Assembly (NCBI GenBank): GCA_028749215.1
Contig: JAQUOA010000002.1
Span: forward strand, 1-39,884
DNA: 39,884 bases
DNA from: Bacteroidota bacterium
GTDB taxonomy: Bacteria; Bacteroidota; Ignavibacteria; UBA10030; UBA8401
Direction of reading: 5' to 3'
This document shows positions 25,891 to 34,767 of the stretch, in pieces; within the stretch, counting starts at the first letter, position 1; the number at the start of each line of letters is the position of its first letter. The position numbers were made by a program, and so were the translations under genes. The notes under the pieces are model-generated. The model had not been told where the DNA came from. It did no database searches and saw nothing but the letters and a program-made list of their open reading frames with translations.

Positions 25891-27135
25891 ATGAAAACAC
25901 TACGACTTTTTACGGCACTTCTTGGGGTGCTTCTTCTTGCGATCTCAAGTTGTACAAAAGATGCACCGTCAAGTGTGTATAATCCTAATACTAGTTTTGG
26001 CGGGCCGCCGAATGTAACCACGATAGTACCTGAAAATGCTCCGTATATTTTAGGCGGCTTAACAACCATTCTCATCAATGGAACAAATTTTGGGACTGAT
26101 ACATCAAAGGTTCATGTCTTCTTTAATAGCACCAAAGTATCACTGTCTTCGATAACGGCTACGCAAATTAAACTTTTAGCTCCTTTGATTATCCAAGACT
26201 CAATTCGAGTCAGGGTTTCAATTGATGGTTCAGATAAGTTTTCCGACCTTAAATATGTCAGCATCCGGTCTGTCATGACTCTTATCAAAGATATCGATAC
26301 GGCAAAACAGGTACCGAATGCAATCACATTCAACAAGAACGGAGATTTATTTGTTTCGGTCGTGACGAGCGCAGGGGTAAGTGACGGTATTTATCAATTG
26401 TCATCGGGTGGAGGAAGTTTGCAGTTTGCGACCAAGGGAACCGAGTCATATTTTAGCGGATTAAAATTCCGAGGGGATTCTCTCTATGCAGCGCGGCGTG
26501 CAAACAGACTCGTTTCACGGAACACTGTGAACGGAAGTATGAATATCTTTACAGCATCATTTCCAGCGGCAGCTTTGCCTATTAATATTGAAGATTTTGA
26601 TTATGATCAGCAAAGAGTTATGTGGGCAGCCGGAAATACATCGGATGGTGGAATATTGAGAATAGATTCACTAAAAAACGTCAAAAAATTCCCCTTCCCA
26701 GGAATCATTCATTCTGTGCGCGTCTTTAATGGCGCGCTCTACGTTAGCAATGAATCATCAACCGATTCAACGAAGGCGGTGTACCAAATTCCAATGAACA
26801 CTGCTGACACCAGCTTGGGAACAGCTGTAAAATATTTCGATCTTTCTGCGACAGTTGGAAATAAAACGAATATAGTATTTGGTATTACATTTGACAGTCA
26901 AGGAAATTTATACGCTGGGACAGATGCACCTGCCGGAATTTATGTTGTTGCAACGGATAAATCCGTACAGCCTTTGTACAATAGTTTGGTTGGCCCAAAT
27001 TGTCAATATCTGGCATGGGGAAACGATTCATATTTGTACGCTGTTCGAGTGAAAGCATCATCAACAAGCCGGCCGACAGGATTATTTAAAATTGATATGT
27101 TAGGAAAAGTCACCGCACCATATTACGGTCAATAA
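25891..27135 (+). CDS. Lipoprotein with an IPT/TIG-like Ig domain and a beta-propeller (NHL/SMP-30-like) body
   Basis: Signal peptide plus lipobox LLLAISSC. The IPT/TIG-like segment reads VTTIVPENAPYILGGLTTILINGTNFGTDTSKVHVFFNSTKVSLSSITATQIKLLAP. Repeated blade-like motifs include AITFNKNGDLFVS and GITFDSQGNLYAGTD. Confidence 0.6.
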   Translation: MKTLRLFTALLGVLLLAISSCTKDAPSSVYNPNTSFGGPPNVTTIVPENAPYILGGLTTILINGTNFGTDTSKVHVFFNSTKVSLSSITATQIKLLAPLIIQDSIRVRVSIDGSDKFSDLKYVSIRSVMTLIKDIDTAKQVPNAITFNKNGDLFVSVVTSAGVSDGIYQLSSGGGSLQFATKGTESYFSGLKFRGDSLYAARRANRLVSRNTVNGSMNIFTASFPAAALPINIEDFDYDQQRVMWAAGNTSDGGILRIDSLKNVKKFPFPGIIHSVRVFNGALYVSNESSTDSTKAVYQIPMNTADTSLGTAVKYFDLSATVGNKTNIVFGITFDSQGNLYAGTDAPAGIYVVATDKSVQPLYNSLVGPNCQYLAWGNDSYLYAVRVKASSTSRPTGLFKIDMLGKVTAPYYGQ

Positions 27136-27189
27136 GAAACAAAGCGTCACATAATCCACATATAAGTTAATAATAACAGGAGGTAACAA

Positions 27190-28539
27190 ATGAAAAAAAT
27201 TTTTCTTCTTGCTGCAGTTTTTCTGATAGCCGTGTCAGTAGCATCAGCGCAGTATGTGTACGACTCTACGTTCACCAAGAATGCGGCTGATAGTCTATTG
27301 ATTGTTTCAGGAAATGGACTTCATGGTGTAGCGGTAGATCCAACTGGTAATGTGTGGACCGTCAATTACAATACATACCTTAAAGGAGACAGCATAACAG
27401 ATCCGTCAACAAATGTAACAAAAGCTTTTTTGCGTCTGAATATTTGGAAACCGGATGGAACACCAGTATCTTTTTCACCTTTAAAAATACTAAGCGGAGC
27501 TGGAGTAACTGATACGTTGTATAAAGGAAATAGTGGACGGGGACTTTCTACTACTCCTGACGGTAATATCTTGTTTTGTTGGTTCAACAACATATATCTT
27601 CTAAACTATAAAACCGGTGCTGTAATTAAAAAAATTGTGGCAACGTATACCAATGGTACCACAGCCGCAGCTGCTGATCTTTTGGGAGATATATTTGTTG
27701 GTCCAGTTTTTAATAATCAAGGCCCTCTGCAAATGTTTGACAATACCGGTGCCAAGTTAGCTAATGTTACTGATACCACTCGATTTTTTTCTCGCACACT
27801 TACTTGTTCAAGAGCGGGAGATAAAGTCTATTACGCAGGATACACTTCACACAGTATTATTCGATATACGGGTGACCCATTAGGAGGGTTTACAACAATT
27901 GATACATTACTGAAAGGCTTTGATTGTGAAGCTATTGCTCGCAGTGGAAAAAGTGATTTAATTTGGGCATCAGCCGGTTCAGGCAATGATTTACCGAACA
28001 GATATGGGAACTTAAAAACTTCTTATAGTTCTCATACTTGGTATTTGTGGAATCCTACTACCAATGCAATCAAAGACAGTATAAAATGGAATGGGTTGAA
28101 TAGTTTTACAACTGCAGATAGTGCTGCTCTTCGTCCGAGAGGTGTATCAACTTCAACCAATGGAGATACAGTGTATGTTGTAATGTTTGGGGCAAAAGCT
28201 GGAATGTATAATATTCAACGCTTTGTAGGACCAAAGACATCATCGGTTCAGCGTGAGGATGGTATTGTTGCAACAAATTATACTCTTGCTCAAAACTATC
28301 CCAATCCGTTCAACCCGTCAACTAAGATTAAGTTTACATTGGCAAATTCTGCATCTGTCAGCTTAAAAGTATATGACGTGTTAGGCAAAGAAGTGGCAAC
28401 ACTTGCTACCGGTAATTATACAGCCGGTGCATACTCCGTAGATTTTGATGCAAAAAATCTTGCTGCCGGCATGTATATCTACACTTTAACGACATCCAAT
28501 GGTTTCTCACAAACCAAAAAGATGCTGTTGTTGAAGTAA
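27190..28539 (+). CDS. Secreted beta-propeller protein with a canonical T9SS C-terminal sorting domain
   Basis: RBS AGGAGG upstream and signal peptide MKKIFLLAAVFLIAVSVASAQ. Blade-like motifs: GLHGVAVDPTGNVWTVNY and GLSTTPDGNILFCWFN. The sorting domain at 28279-28536 reads YTLAQNYPNPFNPSTKIKF...GMYIYTLTTSNGFSQTKKMLLLK. Confidence 0.7.
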   Translation: MKKIFLLAAVFLIAVSVASAQYVYDSTFTKNAADSLLIVSGNGLHGVAVDPTGNVWTVNYNTYLKGDSITDPSTNVTKAFLRLNIWKPDGTPVSFSPLKILSGAGVTDTLYKGNSGRGLSTTPDGNILFCWFNNIYLLNYKTGAVIKKIVATYTNGTTAAAADLLGDIFVGPVFNNQGPLQMFDNTGAKLANVTDTTRFFSRTLTCSRAGDKVYYAGYTSHSIIRYTGDPLGGFTTIDTLLKGFDCEAIARSGKSDLIWASAGSGNDLPNRYGNLKTSYSSHTWYLWNPTTNAIKDSIKWNGLNSFTTADSAALRPRGVSTSTNGDTVYVVMFGAKAGMYNIQRFVGPKTSSVQREDGIVATNYTLAQNYPNPFNPSTKIKFTLANSASVSLKVYDVLGKEVATLATGNYTAGAYSVDFDAKNLAAGMYIYTLTTSNGFSQTKKMLLLK

Positions 28540-28562
28540 TTTTACCCAAAGGAAAATCTTTG

Positions 28563-28589
28563 AAAACCCCGCACAATGCGGGGTTTTTT
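28563..28589 (+). terminator. Rho-independent terminator closing the six-gene operon
   Basis: AAAA, then a 7-bp GC-rich stem CCCCGCA (28567-28573) pairing with TGCGGGG (28577-28583) around a 3-nt loop, then T6 (28584-28589). Confidence 0.8.
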
Positions 28590-28680
28590 ATTTTTATTGT
28601 AATCTAATATCGTGCTGCTTGAGACGTGTATATTTATTTCACCGATGAATTGAAAGCCGAATATAGACAGAGTCACAATT

Positions 28681-28715
28681 TAAACCTCACAGGTTTCTAA
28701 AACCTGTGAGGTTTA
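28681..28715. repeat. Perfect 16-bp inverted repeat with a 3-nt spacer (stand-alone hairpin or palindromic site)
   Basis: TAAACCTCACAGGTTT (28681-28696), CTA, AAACCTGTGAGGTTTA (28700-28715). Every position pairs. It lies in the 274-nt intergenic region between the terminator and hldA. Confidence 0.85.
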
Positions 28716-28753
28716 TGTACAAATAAATTGAGTTGTGATGCTCATTACTTGAA

Positions 28754-28782
28754 TTGATACTCGCTCATTTATTGGCTATATT
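28754..28782 (+). promoter_or_regulatory. Candidate sigma70-type promoter for hldA (TTGATA-N17-TATATT)
   Basis: TTGATA at 28754-28759, a 17-nt spacer, and TATATT at 28777-28782, 31 nt upstream of ATG 28814. The context is AT-rich, so a chance match is possible, and promoter consensus in this lineage is not known to me. Confidence 0.3.
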
Positions 28783-28813
28783 TTATTATTGTAGCATAAA
28801 AAATATAGGAACG

Positions 28814-29800
28814 ATGACCACTTTTACACCTCAACGAATAGACCAATTACTCAAAACTGTAAAAAATAAACGCGTTGCTATCATCGGCGATGTGATGATT
28901 GACCGCTATGTGTGGGGGACCGTTTCACGCATTTCACCTGAAGCACCGGTTCCCGTAGTGGAAGTAGAGAGCGAATCGACGCGGCTGGGGGGAGCGGCAA
29001 ACGTTGCCAATAACATTACATCTCTTGGCGCAAAGGCATTGTTAATTGGTGTTGTGGGAAATGATAATAACGGAAAAGAGCTGCGTCTGTATCTTGAGAA
29101 AGAAAATACTTCTTCAGAAGGTATCGTCACTGATCCGTCGCGTCCAACGACCGTAAAGACTCGTGTTATTGCACACAGCCAGCATGTTGTGCGAATTGAC
29201 AGTGAAGAGAAAAAAGATATCGGCGGTGAAATCCAAAACAAGATTATCAGCATCCTGGAAAAAAATATCAGTGCCATAGACGGAATCATCATTGAAGATT
29301 ACAATAAAGGGGTGGTGGTGAAAGAGTTGATCCACCGGATAACGGAGCTTGCACGAAAAACAAATACCGTCATCACCATCGACCCGAAGTTTAATAATTT
29401 CTTTGAGTACAAAAATGTGACGGTGTTCAAACCGAATAAAAAAGAGACAGAAGAAGCGCTGGGCCGGCGATTGCAAACAGACGATGATGTTGTTGCCGCT
29501 GGGAAAACACTTCTCGAAAAACTGAATGCTCAAAATGTCCTCCTTACCCGCGGCGAAAAAGGAATGAGCGTGTTCGAAAAATCAGGCAGTGTCACACATA
29601 TTCCTACCCGCGCTCGTCACGTCGCGGATGTTTCCGGCGCGGGTGATACCGTTATTGCCACGCTCACGGCCATGCTCGCAGGGGGTGCTACCATGCAGGA
29701 AGCTGCATCGCTGGCAAATTATGCCGGCGGTATTGTCTGCGGTGAAGTTGGTATCGTTCCGATTGATCCTGCCATCTTACGTTCAACCATTCTCGGGTAA
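28814..29800 (+). CDS. hldA: D-glycero-beta-D-manno-heptose-7-phosphate kinase (RfaE domain I, stand-alone)
   Basis: VAIIGDVMIDRYVWGTVSRISPEAPVPVVEVESESTRLGGAANVANNITSLG is the RfaE/HldE kinase N-terminus. The pfkB-type C-terminal motif DVSGAGDTVIATL is present. ATG 28814 is preferred over the ORF-track start at 28754. Confidence 0.85.
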   Translation: MTTFTPQRIDQLLKTVKNKRVAIIGDVMIDRYVWGTVSRISPEAPVPVVEVESESTRLGGAANVANNITSLGAKALLIGVVGNDNNGKELRLYLEKENTSSEGIVTDPSRPTTVKTRVIAHSQHVVRIDSEEKKDIGGEIQNKIISILEKNISAIDGIIIEDYNKGVVVKELIHRITELARKTNTVITIDPKFNNFFEYKNVTVFKPNKKETEEALGRRLQTDDDVVAAGKTLLEKLNAQNVLLTRGEKGMSVFEKSGSVTHIPTRARHVADVSGAGDTVIATLTAMLAGGATMQEAASLANYAGGIVCGEVGIVPIDPAILRSTILG

Positions 29801-29803
29801 AAA

Positions 29804-30289
29804 ATGGGCAATGTATATACTCATTCGGAATTAGTTGAAAAAAGAAATCAATGGAAGCAGCAAGGTAAAACCGTCGTGTTTACTAATGGTGTGTTTGACA
29901 TTCTTCACCGCGGGCATGTCGAATATTTGACCTCGGCAAAAAAACTTGGCCATATTCTTGTCGTTGGCGTAAACACCGATGCTTCGGTGAAACGAATTAA
30001 AGGCCCGCTTCGTCCAATAGTGAATGAACATGACCGCGCATTTGTTCTCTCGCAGCTTGTCTGTGTTGATGCGGTATGTTTATTTACTGAAGATACCCCG
30101 CTCGAACTTATTTCGTCAATTGTCCCCGATGTGCTGGTAAAAGGAGCCGACTATACAAAAGAAACCATTGTCGGCAGAGATGTTGTTGAGCGCGCCGGAG
30201 GTACAGTGCGCACGATTGAATTTGTGCCTGATCGTTCTACATCAAACATTGTGGATACTATCGTACGCCGGTTTTCAAAAAGTAAGTAA
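29804..30289 (+). CDS. hldC: D-glycero-beta-D-manno-heptose-1-phosphate adenylyltransferase (RfaE domain II, stand-alone)
   Basis: Cytidylyltransferase-fold motifs VVFTNGVFDILHRGHVEYL and VVGVNTDASVKRIKGPLRPIVNEHDRAFVLSQL. The gene starts 3 nt after hldA. Confidence 0.88.
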   Translation: MGNVYTHSELVEKRNQWKQQGKTVVFTNGVFDILHRGHVEYLTSAKKLGHILVVGVNTDASVKRIKGPLRPIVNEHDRAFVLSQLVCVDAVCLFTEDTPLELISSIVPDVLVKGADYTKETIVGRDVVERAGGTVRTIEFVPDRSTSNIVDTIVRRFSKSK

Positions 30290-33200
30290 TGACGAAAAAA
30301 GTTTCAAAAATATTTTTGTATTCAATTCTAACCATTGTTCTGCTGCTGGCAATCCTTGCCGGCTATACCCAAACCGGTTTGTTCCGTAAAAATCTTCGTT
30401 CGACGGTGTATGAAATTATGAAGAAAAACCTGAATGCCTCTGTATATATTGGAGAAATTCACGGCAATATTGTGACCGGGTTGAGCATTGATACGCTTAT
30501 GATCTATGTTGATAATGCACCGTTTGTAGAATCAGGGAAGATTGCCGTTGAATTCGATCTCTACACTCTTTTGGATAAAAAAATCAGCATCGATTCTGTC
30601 CGCATTGAAAATCCGTCAGTCCATTTATTCCGATGGAAGGACGGGAGCTGGAATACCGATCATCTTGCAATGGCAACGTCGCCAAAAGATTCGACACCGT
30701 CGCCGTGGAAAATTGACGTACGGAAAATTTCGTTGGCCAATGCTCAGTTCTTTCTTGTCGATTCTACCGGAAATGTTGCTTCTGCAACCATGATTAATGG
30801 CAGGAAGGTGATGAATTATTCCGACCTGAGTCTGAAAAGTATCAACGTCGATGCGAATGGGTATTACTCATCCGAAAGATTGCGGGTACACATCGGCAAT
30901 CTCTCTTTACTTTCGCCGAATGAAGATTTTATTTTAAACAAGCTGTCGGCAGATTTTGTCTACACCAAAGATTCAACCCGTCTCAAAGCATTAACAATCC
31001 GCACGCCTCATTCTGATATTTCGTGCGATGCCTCTCTTGCAGGATTGAATCTTTTTGCGGTGAAAGACCTCAAAGAATTTCAAGATACTAAAACACGGCT
31101 GGTACTCAGCTCATCCACAATTGCTTCGCGCGATATTCAAACATTTCTTCCTGAATTATATTTTTTGCGCGGTCCGGTTACACTGGACGGAACTTTTCAA
31201 GGAACATTTGAGCAGCTCACCATAAAAAAACTTGAAGCGGTATTCGGCAAAACCGCACTTCATCTCACCGGATCTATTTCCAATATTCATGATCCGAAAG
31301 AATTACGATTGAATATTGTCTCAAAGCAAAGCCTTGTGTACTCGCCCGATGTCGCCGAGCTGCTTCCGTATTTTGGAATTCCAAATTATCCGCAGCTTGG
31401 TCTGCTCGCGATGGATTTTCAATTTGTTGGTAAGCCGCTCGATTTTATGGTCATCTCAAAAATGAAATCAGCAGCCGGTACGGTTACCGTTGACGGCGAA
31501 ATGCTGATTACGGAAGACAATATCCATTACAAAGGACTACTGGCAGGAACTTCCGTCAATCTGGAAAAAATATTTACCGCATCGGAATTTGCATCGCGAT
31601 TGAATACGAAAGCGTACATCGAAGGAAGCGGTACTTCCATTGACAAACTCGATGCCCATGCCCGCGTAGAAATTGATTCCTCAACCTTCCGGGGAATTTC
31701 TGTTTCTTCCGCTTCTCTTGAACTGAAAGCGAAAGAAAAAATTGTCGATGCATCCCTGGCGCTGATGTCACCCGACGGCAACATTCGGGCTACCGGAACG
31801 ATGGATTTTCAGCATCCTGTGCCGGCTTACACTGTTTCAACAAAAGTGCGCGGATTAAATCTTGCGCCGATTTTGCAGGATGATTATTACTCATCACGTT
31901 TGTCGTTCGATCTGACGCGGGAGGCGGATGCGCTGAATGTTTTTGATGGCAATTCCAGTACGAATGTTACCATGCTTCCTTCGATGTTCAGAGAATATGC
32001 TATGGACAGCAGCAGGGCACGGCTTGATGTGATGATGGATTCAACACGGCATCGGAGTATTATGGTGCAATCACCGGTTGTGGATGGTGATTTTGAAGGA
32101 GTGTTTACGGTAAAAGGGTTTTTGCACATCCTGCAAGCAAGCATTAATCAATTCAACGAAGTCTATACGTATCAGAGGCGTATTGTTGATTCGAGTTTTG
32201 TCATCTCACAAAACACCGGTACACCGGAGGGATTAAAGGATACGCTCTTCAACACTGTTCAATACACGCTGCATGTAAAAAATCTATTGCCTGTTTCGGT
32301 ATTTTTCCGGCTTCCGATGTTTGATGCAAAAGGTTCTGCTGTGGGAATTTTGAAAGGGGACAATCATTCAGCATCGTTGCAGGGGACAATGGAATTGGAG
32401 CGCTTGACCATTGAGCAAGATTCAACACTTGTTCAAGGCAGGAATGTGTCAGTAGCATACAACACTCAGGATATTCTTCAACAAGTGCGGAAGCATTCTC
32501 TTCCGTTGAAAGTTGAATTACTGTCGAAGGCGGATGAACTTTCTGTCAATCGGACAGTTTTAAAGAATCCTGTCTTCGATTTCACGATGAATGATTCCTC
32601 CGGCACCTATAAAGCATATACAGATGTTGATACGACAATTTCGTTTGGGTTGGAAGGGAGTATGGCTGTGCATCACGATGCAGAGAAATTGGAGGTTAAA
32701 AAATTGATGATGCGGTACCAAGGGTACCAATTGGAAAATCAAGGACCGATTGCCGCTACATTGGATCAAACAGGAATTTCCGTTGACTCTGCGTTGCTTG
32801 CCCACCGGGATCAAACCCTTTCTGTGAAAGGACATTACGGCTTTCACGGAGCCATTAATGTCGCTGCGTCGCTTGCAAATTTCGAATTTTCAGACCTCCA
32901 TTATTTTCAAACATCACCTGATACAAGGGAAAATATGATGGCATTAGGCGGGATAATTCAGGCAGATGCAAAACTATCCGGAACGGCGGCTGATCCGCAG
33001 TTTGTTGTGACAGTAAAAGGGAATGATCTTTCGTACCAAAAATCTTTGTTCGGATATCTTCGAGGTACCGTTGAATACGCTGACCGCATTGCGGCGATGA
33101 ATGTTGAAATCTTGCATGGTGCTGATACCGCATCAGTTCGCGATGTGGAGTTGAAAGGAAATGTCCCCATTGATCTGCAATTTGGTTCAGCGCAAAACCG

Positions 33201-34767
33201 TACCACTATCAAAGGGTTGGATGTGGCACTTACTTCAACAAATTTGCAGCTCTCTGCTCTTGATCCTTTTATTCCCGAGCTTAAAGAGATGACGGGAGTT
33301 ATTCGAAGTAAAATTCACATCACCGGTTCGCTCGCAGAACCGTTGTTCCAAGGATCGGCTGAATTGGATAACGGCGGTTTTGTTCTTGAAATGAACGGTT
33401 TACCATACTTAGCTGCCGGTACAGTAGAGTTTAATCAAAATAAAGTTTCATTTCCCAAATTTATAATTACCAATACAGCGGCAGATTATTCTGATGGTAA
33501 GATGGCTATTGGTGGATTTATCCTTTTAAAAAGTTTTGCTCCGGAAGAATATCATTTGCATGCAAAAGGTGAACTGCTTGTTCTCAGTGATCGGTCAAAA
33601 ACAGCATCCTCATCATTTTTTGGAACACTCGTTGCCTCAACAAGCAGTGACAGCTTACTATTTGACGGCACATTTGACCGCTCGCGGATCACCGGCGTCG
33701 TTTTCATTCAGCAAGGGTCGCTCACATTTCCCCCGACACAACAGGCATTATCTTCTGCCTCTTCCAGTTTTAATATTGTCGATTTTGTCGATGATACTAC
33801 GAAGGCCGCTGTTGACACTACGGTAGTACAATCGTTATTACAGCGGATTCAACAAATCACACTTCTTCATAAATCTAAAAAAACATTTTTAGATGGATTC
33901 GGTTACGGGTTGACAATTCAAACCCGCGGTGCTATTCGCGTGAACATGATTTTTAATGCAAATGCGGGCGCGTATGAGGAATTGTATGCCGAGCTGAACG
34001 GTAAATTGATTCTCACAAAAGATGAGAATGGGGTCCAATTGAAGGGCATGATCAATGTCGGCAATGAATCGAATTATACATTCTATAAGAAATTCAATGC
34101 AAGCGGAGCTATGACATTTGTCGGAGATCCGCAAAATCCCCAGCTTGATATTCTTGCAGCCTACGAAGGAACGCATCTGGATAAAGATAATGCAACGAAA
34201 GAAGACCGCGTCGTTGTAACGTTGAAAATTTCGGGAACACGTGCTATTCCAATTCTAAAAATAGGACTCAAGATCATCGATCAAAGCGGAAAAGAAACTG
34301 AACGTACGGGTGATGTTGAAAATGATGCGATTTCGTTCCTGCTGACGTCGTCTCCAGGCACACCGGGAAAATTCCGAGACGAGTTAACGGCCCAAGACCG
34401 AAACAGAATCAGTGATCAGCTGGCATCGACGATCGGCGGAACGTGGATCAACAGTCTGTTATCGGGATATGTCATGGGATTCGTTCAGAAGAACAAAATT
34501 CCCCTGGTGAAATCATTCGAAGTACGCCAAGTTGGTGCTGATCCGGATATACGTATTGGCGCTGAATTTCTTGATACGTACATCAATGTCGGCGGAAAAG
34601 TATTTTCCGATGTCAACAATACGAACTTCAGCCTCCAGGTTCCTCTAGGCAACAGGCAAAAACGTAATTTTATGCTTGAGGTAGAAAAGAAAACAGAAAG
34701 TTACGACTACAGTCTTCAATCGCGCACAACGCTTGGCGCGCGCATTTATTATCGCTTCACCTTTTAA
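30289..34767 (+). CDS. tamB: Translocation and assembly module protein TamB-like (1492 aa)
   Basis: The start overlaps the hldC stop (TAATG). An N-terminal membrane anchor (IFLYSILTIVLLLAILAGY) is followed by a very long beta-rich body and a DUF490-like C-terminal region ending in an aromatic (GARIYYRFTF). The call rests on size, architecture and N-terminal pattern. Confidence 0.75.
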   Translation: MTKKVSKIFLYSILTIVLLLAILAGYTQTGLFRKNLRSTVYEIMKKNLNASVYIGEIHGNIVTGLSIDTLMIYVDNAPFVESGKIAVEFDLYTLLDKKISIDSVRIENPSVHLFRWKDGSWNTDHLAMATSPKDSTPSPWKIDVRKISLANAQFFLVDSTGNVASATMINGRKVMNYSDLSLKSINVDANGYYSSERLRVHIGNLSLLSPNEDFILNKLSADFVYTKDSTRLKALTIRTPHSDISCDASLAGLNLFAVKDLKEFQDTKTRLVLSSSTIASRDIQTFLPELYFLRGPVTLDGTFQGTFEQLTIKKLEAVFGKTALHLTGSISNIHDPKELRLNIVSKQSLVYSPDVAELLPYFGIPNYPQLGLLAMDFQFVGKPLDFMVISKMKSAAGTVTVDGEMLITEDNIHYKGLLAGTSVNLEKIFTASEFASRLNTKAYIEGSGTSIDKLDAHARVEIDSSTFRGISVSSASLELKAKEKIVDASLALMSPDGNIRATGTMDFQHPVPAYTVSTKVRGLNLAPILQDDYYSSRLSFDLTREADALNVFDGNSSTNVTMLPSMFREYAMDSSRARLDVMMDSTRHRSIMVQSPVVDGDFEGVFTVKGFLHILQASINQFNEVYTYQRRIVDSSFVISQNTGTPEGLKDTLFNTVQYTLHVKNLLPVSVFFRLPMFDAKGSAVGILKGDNHSASLQGTMELERLTIEQDSTLVQGRNVSVAYNTQDILQQVRKHSLPLKVELLSKADELSVNRTVLKNPVFDFTMNDSSGTYKAYTDVDTTISFGLEGSMAVHHDAEKLEVKKLMMRYQGYQLENQGPIAATLDQTGISVDSALLAHRDQTLSVKGHYGFHGAINVAASLANFEFSDLHYFQTSPDTRENMMALGGIIQADAKLSGTAADPQFVVTVKGNDLSYQKSLFGYLRGTVEYADRIAAMNVEILHGADTASVRDVELKGNVPIDLQFGSAQNRTTIKGLDVALTSTNLQLSALDPFIPELKEMTGVIRSKIHITGSLAEPLFQGSAELDNGGFVLEMNGLPYLAAGTVEFNQNKVSFPKFIITNTAADYSDGKMAIGGFILLKSFAPEEYHLHAKGELLVLSDRSKTASSSFFGTLVASTSSDSLLFDGTFDRSRITGVVFIQQGSLTFPPTQQALSSASSSFNIVDFVDDTTKAAVDTTVVQSLLQRIQQITLLHKSKKTFLDGFGYGLTIQTRGAIRVNMIFNANAGAYEELYAELNGKLILTKDENGVQLKGMINVGNESNYTFYKKFNASGAMTFVGDPQNPQLDILAAYEGTHLDKDNATKEDRVVVTLKISGTRAIPILKIGLKIIDQSGKETERTGDVENDAISFLLTSSPGTPGKFRDELTAQDRNRISDQLASTIGGTWINSLLSGYVMGFVQKNKIPLVKSFEVRQVGADPDIRIGAEFLDTYINVGGKVFSDVNNTNFSLQVPLGNRQKRNFMLEVEKKTESYDYSLQSRTTLGARIYYRFTF

